From: Cenococcum geophilum
Taxonomy: Eukaryota
Direction: 5' to 3'
Assembly (NCBI GenBank): GCA_050273025.1
Contig: CP158636.1
Location: 6,634,001 to 6,698,000 of the forward strand
DNA length: 64,000 bases
Shown: piece after piece, positions 37,203 through 50,039 of the stretch
Layout: each line of letters opens with the position of its first letter
Numbering within the stretch: position 1 is the stretch's first letter
The notes under the pieces: generated by a model
Databases searched by the model: none
What the model was told of the DNA's origin: nothing
Seen by the model: only the letters and a program-made list of their open reading frames with translations
Position numbers and translations under genes: made by a program

Positions 37203-39039
37203 GTTTATTTATTTAACCTATACCAATAGAGTTATAGGCTTTAACTGGAACCCCCTCCGTATTAACACCCGTAGTACTTGCGTACTATTTAAATCCTTTA
37301 TAGCTAAGGTTTTAGCCGTTTCGGTTACAGCTTCGGTTATTCCGGTTATAGTTCCGGCCTTAATCTTAACTATAGTAGCGGTAATCTGTAAAGGTAGTAT
37401 ACGCTCCTTAACTGGGGTATTCCTTCTCCCATATAATGGTTAAAAATTGTAACTTGTTAATTAACTAAGATAAGTCTTCTTTAGGGTTTAAGACGGTAGT
37501 TCTATAGGCAGGAACTCCCTAGCAAGCCTTCTGGTTGTCTGTATAAATCTTTATAATTATAGCCACCTCCTTACTATATCTAGGTCTTTGCCTAGGTCCT
37601 TACTCTACACTAGGTATAGTTAGCCTAGGTGGTGTATATATATATAGCTGCTGCAGTTGCTGCAGCTGCTATAGTTGCTGCTCTCTTAACCATAGCAATT
37701 AGTTATAATTAGAGGATTAAGGACCGGGAGGGATAGTAGGGGTAGTGGGGGCAGTGGGGGTAGTAGGGGCAGCGGGGGCAGTAATTGGGGTAGCTGGCGG
37801 TGCAGCGATCGGGACAACTAGTGGTGCGGCAGTTAAAATAGCTAGTAGAATTAGCGGAGCAGCTAGTAGTAGGGTAGGAGCAGTTGCTAAAGGGAGGGTA
37901 GAGGTAGTTAGTGCAGCTTGCCGGGGTATAGATATAATAGATAGTTGAGGTGTCGTAGGGGTAGGTATCTGCGTTCCGGGCGGTATTGTAGCTATAGCTA
38001 TAGCTATAGGCTGAACTAATTCTGGGCCAATAGCTAAACTGTTAAGAGTATGGTTTAGTTTATCCCTAGTAGTACTAGGGTAAAGATACCGGGTAGGAGG
38101 AGGACTAGGTAGGGTAGGAGTACTAGGGGGGATAGTAGGGGTAGCGATTAGGGTAGCTAGCGGTGGGGGTAGTTGCGGCAGAGACTCTATAGGTGGTTAT
38201 AGTAGTTACGGTTAAGACTCTATAGGTGGTTATAGTATTATAGGGGTAGGTGTCTACATTCTGGGCGGTATTATAGCTATAGGCTGAACTAATTCTGGGC
38301 TAATAGCTAAACCGTTAAGAGTATGGTTTAGTCTACCCCTAGCAGTACTAGGATAAAGATACTAGGTAGGAGGAGGACTAGGTAGGGTAGTAACTATAAC
38401 TATAGGCTAACCCGATAGATCGTTATAAGTGTAGTTTAACCTATCTCGTAGTACTCTTATAGCTAGTAGTTCTACCAACTCCTTAATGGTTGCTACAATC
38501 TCCTTATCTATCTATCAATGTAGCTCTTCTTCTTATATAACTTTAAATAATAGCTTAGATATAGTAATTCTGCTAGTGCGTCTGTCTACGTAAACACCTC
38601 TTTTAAGAAAATGTTTTCGTAGCTTGGATCTAATATCTATGCGTATCTTCTTAAAGCTCTCTACTATAAACCCCTTGAACTGCTCCCAAAAGATATACCA
38701 TAAATCGTTGTCCGTAAGGTCTTATATTAGATATATTATCGTTTCTACAAACTCTACCAGCTCATCTTTTATAGCCTTATCTACATTAATTCCGTATCTA
38801 TATTTACTAGCCATTACGGCCTATTCTTTTTCCGTTAGTTCTATAGTTATAGGTATAAGGGTAGGTATAAAGGTAGGTATAAGGGTAGTATAAGGGTGGT
38901 CGAGAGGGTAGGTATAAGGGTGGTCGAGGGTAAAAGTGTCGAGGTAAGGGTATTAAGGTAAGGGTGTAAAGGTATATACGTGTCCTATTAACGAATCTAC
39001 AGTTCTTAGACACTGTAGACGATTCTTAGCAGAGATACG

Positions 39040-39335
39040 GTCCTCTAGGCGATCTAACGCGTCAACAGTTAAGTTAATACGTGGTTTTAAGCTTTAAGGG
39101 TCCTCTAGGCGATCTAACGCGTTAATAGTTAAGCTAATGCATAGTTTCGAGCTTTAAGGATAACGTAGCTCTCTCTAAGTAAAAATACGATTCTCTAGGC
39201 AATCTAATACATCAGCAAGCTAATACGTGGTCTCAAGCTTTAAGGGTAACGTAGTTTTCTCCTTTAACTAAAATGGGGCGATAGCTCTGCAATCTAACGC
39301 GTTAGCAGTTAAGCTAATACATGGTTTCGAGCTTT
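39040..39335. repeat. ~60-bp degenerate tandem repeats in the 5' leader of C
   Basis: Four copies of GCRATCTAAYRCRTYARYAG...AAGCTAATRCRTGGT...AGCTTT. Confidence 0.75.
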
Positions 39336-40092
39336 GCTATTGCGTATTTCCTAATCTGTACGTCTACTAATTAGTGTCAGTATACTCGCTTTATCAACGC
39401 GCACGAATATCACTTAGAGTGGTACGTATGCGGTGTTAAAGTTAGTAGTTGGTTGTTGATAGAAGAAAGGGGTTGCTCCAAGGTCAGACAGTTAGTCTCG
39501 CTTCGTAGTCTCGTGACTACGTCACGTGATTAACGTTCCGACAGTTAGGTTAATATTAGAGATATTTAATAACGTAAGATATAATAATAAACTAAATTAG
39601 TATAGTATTAAGTTAGAGTAATATATAAAGAGACTAAGCGAGGCTTAAGTTATATATTAAAGAGATATTATAAGTATAGTAAGAAGCTATAGAGCCTATA
39701 AAGTAAAAAGCTAATAAATTATATAGTATAGGACTATAAAATAGAGTTAAAACTAGAAATAAGTTTAAGGTTTTTTCTAACCTATAAGCTTACTTAAGAG
39801 GAGTTAAGAGCACTTAAAGAGTTTATTTAAGAAAACTTATAAAAGGGATATATTAGACTATTGTAGTTATTAGTAGGATATCCAGTACTATTTATACCTA
39901 AGAAAAACGGAAAACTTAGGCTATATATTAACTATAAATAGTTAAATAGCATTACTTAAAAGGATAGGTATCTTTTACCCTTAATTAGTAAAATTTAGGA
40001 TTAGATAGGTAATATATAAATTTTTATAAAGATAGATCTAAGATAGGCGTACTATTAGATTAGAATTAAGGAAGGTAATAAATAGAAGGTAG

Positions 40093-42261
40093 TGTAAGGT
40101 AGTATTACTAGGGTATATAGTAGGGAGTAGGTAAGCCGAGTATAAGTTATATAGAGAGTTAATAGAAGAGGATAATATAGTAATAAGGGTAGGTAATAGC
40201 CTAGGTATAAAGACAAACTAATAAGGAGGGAAGGGCTATAAGCCTAAGGTGCTTATAAGGAGGTGCTAAGGGCTAGCCTTTAGCTAGCCTTAGCGACCCC
40301 TAAAAGCCCCTAGGTAATACAGCCGAGTAAGGGCCAAAATAACCCTTACATTACCCCCCCCTTAATTAGGGCTGGCTCCTAGCCCATATTTTAATAGATT
40401 AATTCTATATATAGAAAGGTAAGCAGTGCAGAAGCCTTACTTATATAGGGAAATAAAGAAATAGGGGAAAAGAACTAGCTAAGCAGCCTTAATAAAAACC
40501 TTAACCTATAGCCAAAACCCAGTGGGAAAAAGGGCCTATTTTAGGTAGAAAAAGAGCGTCTGCTAGTGGGTAAGACTTAATTATATACGATTAAGTCTTA
40601 ATAGCTCTATAGCTAACAGCCAGATAATCTCTACTTGGAGCTGGCTTAATCGCAAGAATATCCCTTACATTGCCCCCCCCTCTTCTTGTAGTCAGCCCCC
40701 TCTATTACCTTATAGTAGCGGGAGATTATAGAGGGCTTGTCCCGGAAGGGGTTCGGAGAGATATTGGTATTTAACCGCAATAGGGTTTTGTAAGCTTTTA
40801 AAGTAAGTTAAAGCTCTTAGAGCAACTAAAGCTTTATAAAAAGATAATCATATAGGATCTTTAAGCTGCTGCTATATCTTTTAGGCAAGCTATAGCTCCT
40901 TTATGCGTCTTTAACGTCTTAATTGCCTTCTCCTAGCCGCGTAATTAGTTTTTGTAAGGAAGCAATGGCCAAATAGCCATACGCGTATTTCTTTTCTTCT
41001 AAATTACACTATTATTACGGAGTAATATTGGCAAGGCTAAGCCGTAGCTTAGGAAGAGACAACCGTATATAGTTAAGTTTTAGTAGCTCTATAGCTGCTA
41101 ACCGGAATCTCCGAGTCGATTATATAGGATCTTTAAGCCGCCGCTATTCTCTTAGGTAAGCTATAGCTCTTAATGCAAGCTAAAGCTTTTAGAGCGACTA
41201 AAGCCTTATAGAGAGATTACGTACAATTTTTAAGCCGTAGCTTAAGGACGAGCTATAGCTCTAGGAGATAACCGCCTACGGTTTATTCTTAGTAGCCCTT
41301 AGGCTAATAGCCGGAAACTTTCCAGGTTAGGCTATAGCCTTAATTATATTTAATTTGGAAGCGCATAGTAGTAGCTATAGCTTTAAAAACTAGCCGTTAA
41401 TTCTTTAAATAGCAATTGGATAGCCTCTAGGGTAGCTATATCTCTTTAAGGACGTTTAACTTTCCAATCTCTATTAGTAGGACCTCTATAGCAAGTAAAC
41501 CGCAGTTAGCCTATAAAGTGTTTACAAGCTTAATCGCGTAGGATCCCCCTTAACTCCTACTAGAAAGCTTTTAGATAGCAATTAAATTGCCTTTAAGTCG
41601 CCGTTAAGTAAAGCTATACCGCTATACTACTAATTATATATAGGTATACTAATCGCCTTAGGAGATAATCGCGTACAATCTAAATAGCACTAATCCTTAG
41701 CTAGGTAGCTACCGTCTCCCTTATCTCCTGGTCCGTATCTACTACTATAAGCGAATACAATCTGCCAGTGTCTACTAGTATAGCTGCTTTATAGTATACG
41801 CGATCGTCCTAGGTAAAGGTAGAAAACCTAATCTATATTCTAACACTATTATACAGATGCGATCTCTAGGCGTCTACTAGTGTACCTACTATATTAGAGT
41901 AAACGCGATCGTTTTAAGTAAAAATAGAGGATTATAAAATTGCTTAAGGGCGCAGCCCTTAGCTTGCTATAGGCTACTACCTATAAAGGTATAAAATTGG
42001 TTTAAATATAAGGCAGTATTGCTAGGATGTATAGTAGGGAGTAGGTAAGCCGAGCGTAAGTTATATAGGGAGTTGATAAAAGAGGACAATATAGTAAAGA
42101 GTAGGCAATAGCCTCGTACTAAGACAAATTAATAAGGAGGGAAGGGCTGTAAGCCTAAGGTGCTTATAAGGAGGTGCTAAGGGCTAGCCAAAGGCTAGCC
42201 TTAGCGACCCCTAAGAGCCCCTAGGCGATACAGTTAAGTAAGGGCCAAAATAACCCTTATA
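40093..42261 (-). mobile_element. Non-autonomous LTR retroelement E1, inserted in the RT of D1
   Basis: LTRs at 40093-40350 and 42007-42261. TSD GGTAG/GGCAG. PPT (C-run on plus) at ~40354-40361. No recognisable gag/pol. Splits the RT motif pre-RIP EWKA|AF. Confidence 0.92.
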
Positions 42262-44699
42262 GGCAGCCTTTAGGTTAAAGGAAGGACTATATAAACTATT
42301 AGTTATATAATTTGGATTAATAAATACACCAGTAACGTTTTAAAAGAGAATTAATAGTATATTAGGAAAACACCTTAATAAGTTTATTATAGCATGCCTT
42401 AATAATAATATTATCTATTTAATAATTAAGGAAGAATATAGAGAATACGTTAAATAGGTCTTAAAGAGACTATAAAAAGAATAGATGCTAGTAGTAATTA
42501 AAAAATATAAGTTCTTTACTAGGAAGACTAATTTTATTAGATTTATTATTAAACTAGGTTATATTAGTATAGACCTAAAGAAAATTAAAGCTATAGTAAG
42601 TTGGTAAAAACTAGAGAATGTAATGCAGTTAAGGTTATTTTTAGGGTTTTATAACTACTACAGAAGGTTTATAGTATAATAGTTAAAGAATATTAAACCG
42701 TTTACTAGGCTTATAAAAAAGAAAAAACTATAAGTATAGGGAGAAGAATAAAAGAAGCTGTTTAAGGAACTTAAGGAATTATTTACCTAGGAGCTAATCC
42801 TTAAAATCTATTAACTAGGACTAGATATAGTTATAGAAACAGATATATTAGACTTTATACTAGGAGTATATTTACTATAGCAGTATGGGAATATATAGCA
42901 TTTAGTAGTATACTATAGTTAAAAAATAACACTATTAGAGTTAAACTATAACATCTATAATAAGGAGTTATTAGGTATAGTTATAGTACTTAAGAAATAA
43001 AAAGCATTCTTATAAGGTGTAGAAAAACTATTTATAGTTAAAATAGATTATAAGAACCTAATAGGGGTTTTAATAATTAAAGAACTTAACTAAAGATAGG
43101 TTAGATAGATAGAAATGCTTATAGAATACTATTTTAAGATTTAGTATATTAAAGGGACTAAGAATATAAAGGTAGACGTATTTAGTAAAAAGGCTAAATT
43201 ATAAAATAATAAGAAACTATTAGGAGTAATACTACGCAGAGATAAGGACGGATTAATTAGATATAATTACCCTAAGCTAATAGCAACTTAAGAGGATAGA
43301 GAACTAGAAAGAGTCTATAAGATACTAAAGAGCTTTTAGATATAAAGAATTCTAAAAGTATAGCTAGAAGATCTATAGATAGATATATATAAAAATTAAG
43401 AAGTAAAGTATATCCTAAAAAGTATTATAGAGCATTTTATAGAAGATTTCTATAAGGGAATAACTTAAGGACATAATAGAGTAATAGGCTTAGTATTAAG
43501 ACTTTAAAAAAAATATTATTAATAGAATTTAGGGTATAGCTAGAAAAGTAATAAAAGAGTATTTAAATTGCTAAAGAAATAAACTAATAAGGTATAAGCT
43601 ATACGGAGAGCTATAACCTATTAAAATACTAGAGAGACTATAGGAGGTTATATTATAGGACTTTATTATTAAGTTACTAAAGTTAAGAAATCCTATTACT
43701 AACTAAGAGTATAATATAATCCTAGTAATAGTAGATAAGTTAACTAAATAGGGCTACTTTATAGCATGCATAGAAGAAATCTTAGTAGAAGATATCGCTA
43801 GAATCTATATTAAAGAAGTATTTATAAAATATAGAGCACTAAATAAAATTATATTAGATAGAGATCTAAAATTTATAGCAGTATTTTAGGAGGTATTCTT
43901 AGCGGAATAGGGAGTTTGCGTAGCAATATTAATAGTATATTATCCGCAAATGGACGGATAAATAGAAAGATTAAATTAGACGCTAGAATATTATTTAAGA
44001 TATTATATTAATTACGCATAAAATAATTGGGTATTATTATTACTATTTAAGGCAAATTATAGATATAAGCTAAGAATATTGTTATTACTATAATAAGCGA
44101 AGAAAATAAGTAGCATAGCTAAAGAAAGAATAAAGATACTAATAAATCTTTGTGTAAACCTTATAGAATTAGTAAAAAAGGTATAAAAAAGAATAAAAAG
44201 GTATTATAATGTTAAGAGATCTAAGGGACTAGATTTTAAAGAGGGAGATAAAGTATAGCTACTATATAAAAATTTTAAGCGTTAACAACTAAGTAAGAAA
44301 TTAGACTATATTAGACTAAGACCTTTTAAAATTATATAGAGGATTTTACTGGTTACGTTTAAGTTAAACCTACTAGCTAAAATAAAGATCTACCCTATAT
44401 AGTATATTGTAATACTAAAGCTAGCATATAGGAATATTAAGCTATTAATTTATAAAGTAGATATATATAGAGGATAAGAAAAGGATAAATAGTAAGTTTA
44501 AAGATTAATAGTTATAAGAATATTAATAATAAAATATAATATAAGGTTAAGTAGATAAGCTATAATAAAACTACCTAGAAACTACTATAGAATCTAAAAA
44601 ACGCTATAAAAAAGGTATAGGAGTATTAAAAGAGAATAGGTTAGGGAAAGGAGAACTACTAAAGAAAGAGTTACCTAAGGGGGATATAGGAGGAACGAC

Positions 44700-45246
44700 C
44701 GCTAAACTACTTAAAGTTATTTCCTTCCCTACTAGAGAAAAATCTATTCTTTTATTACTAAGTTTCTATAAACCTTATTATATAAATTTCTATTCCTTAA
44801 AATAGACCTTTTTATAAACCTTTTTAAGATAAAGTAACTAAGCGGACGTCGCGATATAAGTATTTAGGGCCTTTTACTCCGCGTTATAAGAGCGCTTAAG
44901 CTTAGTAAGGGCCTATACTAGGTTACTATTAAGCTTTATAGCCGTAGATTAAATATAAGACCTTATAATAAATTACTTAGGGAATTAAAAGACTATTAAG
45001 AGTAATAGGATGCGTATACTTAGCGTTAAAAGTAGAATAAACGTTATAAGAGGACTAAACGTTTACCTTAGTATACTTTAAATAGGAAGAGGGTTGTTAA
45101 GATAAAGGGCTCGCTAGCATAATATAAACTAACCCCTTTTTTACGTAATAAGAATATAGGGAGAGTATTATTTTACTAAGTAATAGGATTATAGTAATAG
45201 TATAGGTATAACATTACGCGTATAAAGAAGAAGAGGCTTTAGATAT
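44700..45246 (-). pseudogene. Antisense accessory gene of D1 (Cys-cluster plus helical/coiled-coil region), RIP-degenerate
   Basis: Observed frame ISKASSS...IILSLYSYYVKKGLVYIMLASPLS*QPSSYLKYTKVNV*SSYNV. With TAT>TGT/TAC>TGC back-correction: PCSRC-x6-C-...-CSEC-x8-CDV, then a probable intron and a helical exon. The 3' boundary is approximate. Confidence 0.6.
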
Positions 45247-45829
45247 AATAAGTAACAATATTAACTAAATTAATTAGATGGATATTATACCTTTAGTAAA
45301 TAACTTAAAGATATTAAAGATCTTTAAGGATAAAGCTAAAAAGGAGGGAGATGGTATTACGGATACTTTAAGTTTAATATTATAACTACTAAAAAAGGAG
45401 TTAGAAGAAGCTAGTTAGTTAATATAGGTACGGTCTAAGATAAAACTAGTTAAGCTATATAATAAGGAATAGTAGCTAAGGTTATATAATATACTATATA
45501 TTAAATGGGAGAAATATAAGGAACTTATATACCTTATATACTATACGTATATTACGTATAAAAAGGATTTCTTAGGAGTATAGTTATATATTTAAAGGAC
45601 TACAGTCCCTACCTAAATAGTTTCCTTCTTTATAGTGAATCTCAGAATATAATTAGAGTTAATTTATTAGGTAACCACTCTACCAGTTATTATTACGTTG
45701 TTAACTTCTTATTTACCTATATACCTAGCCCATTAATAAGTCTACCGTAGTATTTCCCACAAGGCTTCGTTATATAAAGCGTTTAAGATAATCTTTATAG
45801 AATCTTAAAGACCTATATACTAAAGGATA

Positions 45830-46640
45830 ATATTATATAGTATCCACCTAGCTTGAAAGGAAGGGATATAGTTAGTATAGATATTATAGCGCTTATTATA
45901 CGTTTTAATACTATTATAAATTTCTTTAAGCCTTTAGAATGGCGCTTAATAGATAGAGAAAAGCTTATTTACTAACGTCTTGGCTATAATTACTACGGGA
46001 TCCTTTAATACTTTAGGCTATATAGGGCTATAGAAAATGCTATAATTCTATAGTTTGCGAGTTATAAATCTATACGATAATACTTTACAAGATAGAAGAA
46101 ACTAGTTCCGCTTTCCCTTAAACTTTAATAGGCCAAATAAATTACTAAAGCTGTTTATTTTATCTATTTAAGGAATATATTATATAGCGATATCTTTTAT
46201 AATAATATATTCCTTAATAAAGAGCTTAATATAAAGCTTGGTAATTTTGCTAGGTTAGCTATTAATAACCTTCTACCTCCGATTATTTGTTATAAGACAA
46301 GTTATAAGCTTCTTAACTAAGATATTTTAAAGGGAACTAAGCTCTTTACTTTTAGTTTAACTATTTATAAGATAATAACTAGTTCTAAACTATATAATAG
46401 GCTCTTAGATAAACAAATTTATATAATATTTATTAAGGGGTGCTTCCTAGATCTAGAGCCTCTACCTATATTTAGGGATATTATTATAAATTATTAAAAA
46501 CAGAGTTACGGAAGTGCGGACGAAGTCCTTTAAGATATAAGATCCGAAGGTATAGCTTAATTCTTTAACTCTACTCCTAGCACTAACCACTTCTTAGTTA
46601 CTAAAAATTCGAAACCATACTCAATTTTACTGCACTATTT
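45830..46640 (+). pseudogene. Protein kinase-like gene destroyed by RIP; probable 3' exon interrupted by Q
   Basis: Observed REKLIY*RLG...FIYLRNILYSDIFYNNIFLNKELNIKLGNFARL, i.e. pre-RIP IHSRNILHGDISCNNIFLD...KLGDFAGS (catalytic loop and DFG-like motif). Boundaries approximate. Confidence 0.8.
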
Positions 46641-46641
46641 A

Positions 46642-48535
46642 TCCGTGGCCTTTGTAGCTACGCCTTGACCACCTACCCAAAGGGTAGGTAGTAGACATCT
46701 AAATCGCTAGGACAGCTTAATCGCCATAATTAATCAATTTTCTTAATTATTAATTTACTACACAACTACTAATATAAGTAATTATTTATCTAATGAAAAC
46801 CAGGTCGCTTGCCTTGCTTAAGCTATCCACAACAGCGAATATTCCTTAATTATAGAGGCAACGCGTGAAAATCCTAACTTATACGGTCGCGTTAAGAATC
46901 ACGTTACTAGACAAACGTCTTAATTAGATTAACCTACAATAAATAGGCTACTCAGCGATACCGAAGAAGAAGGCATTATGCTATAGATTATATAGCTAAA
47001 CGATATTGGGCAACGCCCTAGTATTTCTCTACTTAAATAATTTGTTAATTATATTCTTATTAACCGTTATATAGATCCTACTAAACTACTACGTACCTAT
47101 GGTACTAAATAGGCTATATAATTCTGCAAGCGCTAAAAGATTATACTTAAGACTAAAGTACCTAAAGAGGTAAAGAGGTAGGCCGCTAAAGATTCTGATT
47201 TTATAAAAGAGTGGTTTAACGCGTTAGGGAAAGACATTAAGAAGTACGCGGTATAGTATAAAGATATATATAATATGGACGAATTAGGTATATATATAGG
47301 ACAAGGCAAGGAAAAGAAGGTACTTATTATTTATAATAAGGCAGTACGGTGTAAGGTAGGCAAGGCGTTTAGCCGTAAATCTATTATAGTTATAGAGACA
47401 ATTTGCGCGGACGGCCACGTTATTCTACCTCTTATTATCTTTAAAGGTAAGACCTACTAGATACGCTAGTATTTGGTAATAACAATTCCTAATAGCTATA
47501 CTATTGGTATTAGTAATACGGCGTAGATAAATAACGAGATCGCGCTTAAATAGATTAAATACTTTAATCTTTATATATAAAGTAGGATAAAGGTTATATA
47601 TAGGCTCCTTATTCTTAACAGCCACGGCTTTTATAAGACGCTAGAATTTACGTAATACTGCATTAACTAGAAGATCTTACTAGCCTACTTTTTCTTATAT
47701 CTTATATATAAGATACAGCCGATTAATATAGTTGTCTTTTAGCTATTTAAGCACTAATATAGCAAGGCCGTAAACCAAACTTACCGCACTAGCGCATTTA
47801 AGATTAATAAGATGGAATTTCTTTACCTTATTCCTAACGTACGAAAGCGCATATTTAAGAAGGTAATAATTAAAGCAGTATTTGTAGAGACTAGCCTTTA
47901 TCTATTTAACCTAGAGAAGGTGCTTAATAAACCACCTCTACTACCTAAGGCTATACTAGAGAAGGACCTATAGTTAATAACTATTAAGATTACGACACCG
48001 AAAATACTCAGGTAGATAAGCAACCTAAATTTATATATTAGGTAAAATTAGGAGGAGTAGGAGAATAAGGACCTAAATAAGGCTATATAGAAATATATAT
48101 ACGGGGCAGAGATTTAGCTTTAAGCATTTAGATCTCTTAAATAGCATCTAAAAAAAACTAAGGCTAAGAATAAGCGACGCTAAAAGTAGAAGGCTAACGC
48201 TAGAAAGGCTATATAGAAGTTTAGGGTAATTATAGTTACAGAAGGTCGTTTACTGGCTAAAAAGAGAAAGGTAGCTAATAAAAAGAAGCTTGCAAATAAG
48301 CGTAAAAAGCGGGTTAAAATATTAATACTAGAGCCTAAGACTCTTAATAACTCTAAGGATAAATATAGTAAATAGGATAAAGCGCGTAAGCAGCAGGAAG
48401 ACTTGTAATTATTACTGTAGTAGTGCTATATAGCCAATTCTTTTAAACCCTAGCAATTAAGCTGTCCTAGCGATTTGGATATCTACTACCCACCCTTTGG
48501 GTGGGTAGTTAAGGCGCAGCTATAAAGGCCACGGA
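46642..48535 (+). mobile_element. Fot1/pogo-family DNA transposon Q, heavily RIPped
   Basis: ~80-bp TIRs TCCGTGGCCTTTRTAGCT...; TA TSD at 46640-46641 and 48536-48537. Transposase remnants YNMDELG (47270), LILNSHG (47607) and QPINIVVF (47716). Confidence 0.92.
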
Positions 48536-50039
48536 TACATTTATTTCCACTTCTATTCTAGGTAAGAGGTTAGAAATTACTTAATATATATTAGTAAAGA
48601 CTACTAACTTACTCCTTAGTACTTATATTATTTTCTTAAGGCGGATATTAAAGGTAGTTACTAGGTTTTTTAGATAATCCCATTACTAATACTTCGCTAT
48701 TAAGACCTTTACCTAGCAAAGCGTTAGAGTAATAATACCCGTTTTTTTTTTACTTTCTTATATTTATCCTATTTACGGTTAGACATAATATAATAAGATT
48801 TAGCTCTGCATTTACTATAGTAGAACGATTAATTATAGCATTGGCATATTTAGCGAGATAATAGTAACTAAAGGTTTTAGACTAGTATAGTAACTAGTAA
48901 ATTGCTATTAGAATAAGAACCTTATAGTTAGTACTAGATATATCTTATTTACATAAAGTGTTTAGCCTAACTTATTACCGCCTAAGTAATAGTTCTAAGC
49001 CGGCAATATAGATATAACGTAGATGTAGTATAGGTGTAGTAAGGTTTAAGTATAGGAACATATATATAATAGGAAATTTCGGTTAGCTAGAAATCTCCTT
49101 TTAGTTTATCTAACTTTATCTATAATCGCACTTTATAAGCGTGTTGTATATTAACATTTTATAGTAGCTTAAAGCTAATATAGGGAAGTCGCTAAGGCTA
49201 TATAGTAAAATATATGCTAAGAGCTGTAGCAAGGACCGTGCGCTAAGAATTTTACAAGCGGCTATATTAATTAGAGCTATTATATCTGCCTTTTTTATAT
49301 TATATAAGGGAAAATAGGATAGTTATAAAGTAAGAAAGAATAGAATGAGATAGAATAAAGTAAGATATAGAATTAAAATAAAGTAAAATAAAATATAGTA
49401 AAATAGAGTAGAATGGAATAAGCTAAAGCAAGGCAAGCACCAATCGGCATCTATTCTTCCTCTACCTCCAGTACTTCTTCGTATCTTTAAACCGTCCGCT
49501 AAGCTCCTACGTATTAATTAGAATAATTACATTTTTTTTAACAATGCCTTTAGCAATTAGAACTTATAACGCCTTACCCAACTTACTAGGATATATTTAC
49601 TTTAGTTAAAAGAGTAATTAGCTCGTTTGGTGTTAATCTTTTTTATAATATTATAGAATTTAAGCCGCGATCCACGGTGCAAGCTACCTATTAAAGTCCT
49701 GTTATATACTACCCTCTATTAATCTAAGACATATAGCTGGCTCCTATATATTAACTAAGACCAGGACTAAGATCCTGGCATATAGTCCTATACCTTAAGC
49801 ATATTACTTAGCTTATAGTATTTATATTAATAGGATATTAGATTAATCTAGCGCTCCAATGCTTATAATTATAATTGCGCATCTAAACTATTAAACAATG
49901 TCTTAACAAGTAAGCCCCTCCCTATAGCTTTACTAAGTGGAGCTTTTTACTATTAAAATAATGCCACTACGTATCTAGCCTCTGCTAAAATAGATAAGGG
50001 AAAGGCCGTATAGCTAGAGAGGGGTATAGTAAATATTTG

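Larger units (their letters stand above)
36241..39543 (-). mobile_element. Internally deleted Ty1/Copia element C (GalEa-like)
   Basis: 169-bp LTRs at 36241-36409 and 39375-39543. TSD GTTAG. CTAATTAGTAG follows the 5' LTR. Remnants: Pro-rich gag (~37600-38800), a short integrase piece (~37210-37270), RNase H end TNPADAMTK (~36752-36780). Confidence 0.9.
9645..45774 (+). mobile_element. Ty3/Gypsy chromovirus D1; ~7.3 kb native, expanded to 36 kb by five direct insertions
   Basis: 420-bp LTRs at 9645-10064 and 45355-45774. TSD TAAAG at 9640-9644 and 45775-45779. PPT AAGGAGGGAGATGG before the 3' LTR. gag from ~10100 with knuckle at ~11100, protease ALIDS at ~35945, RT/RNase H/integrase ~39700-44400, chromodomain ~44470-44630. 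Confidence 0.95.

Noticed and set aside
37745..37948. Gly/Ala/Val-rich plus-strand ORF
   Set aside because: Antisense reading of the Pro-rich gag repeats of element C.
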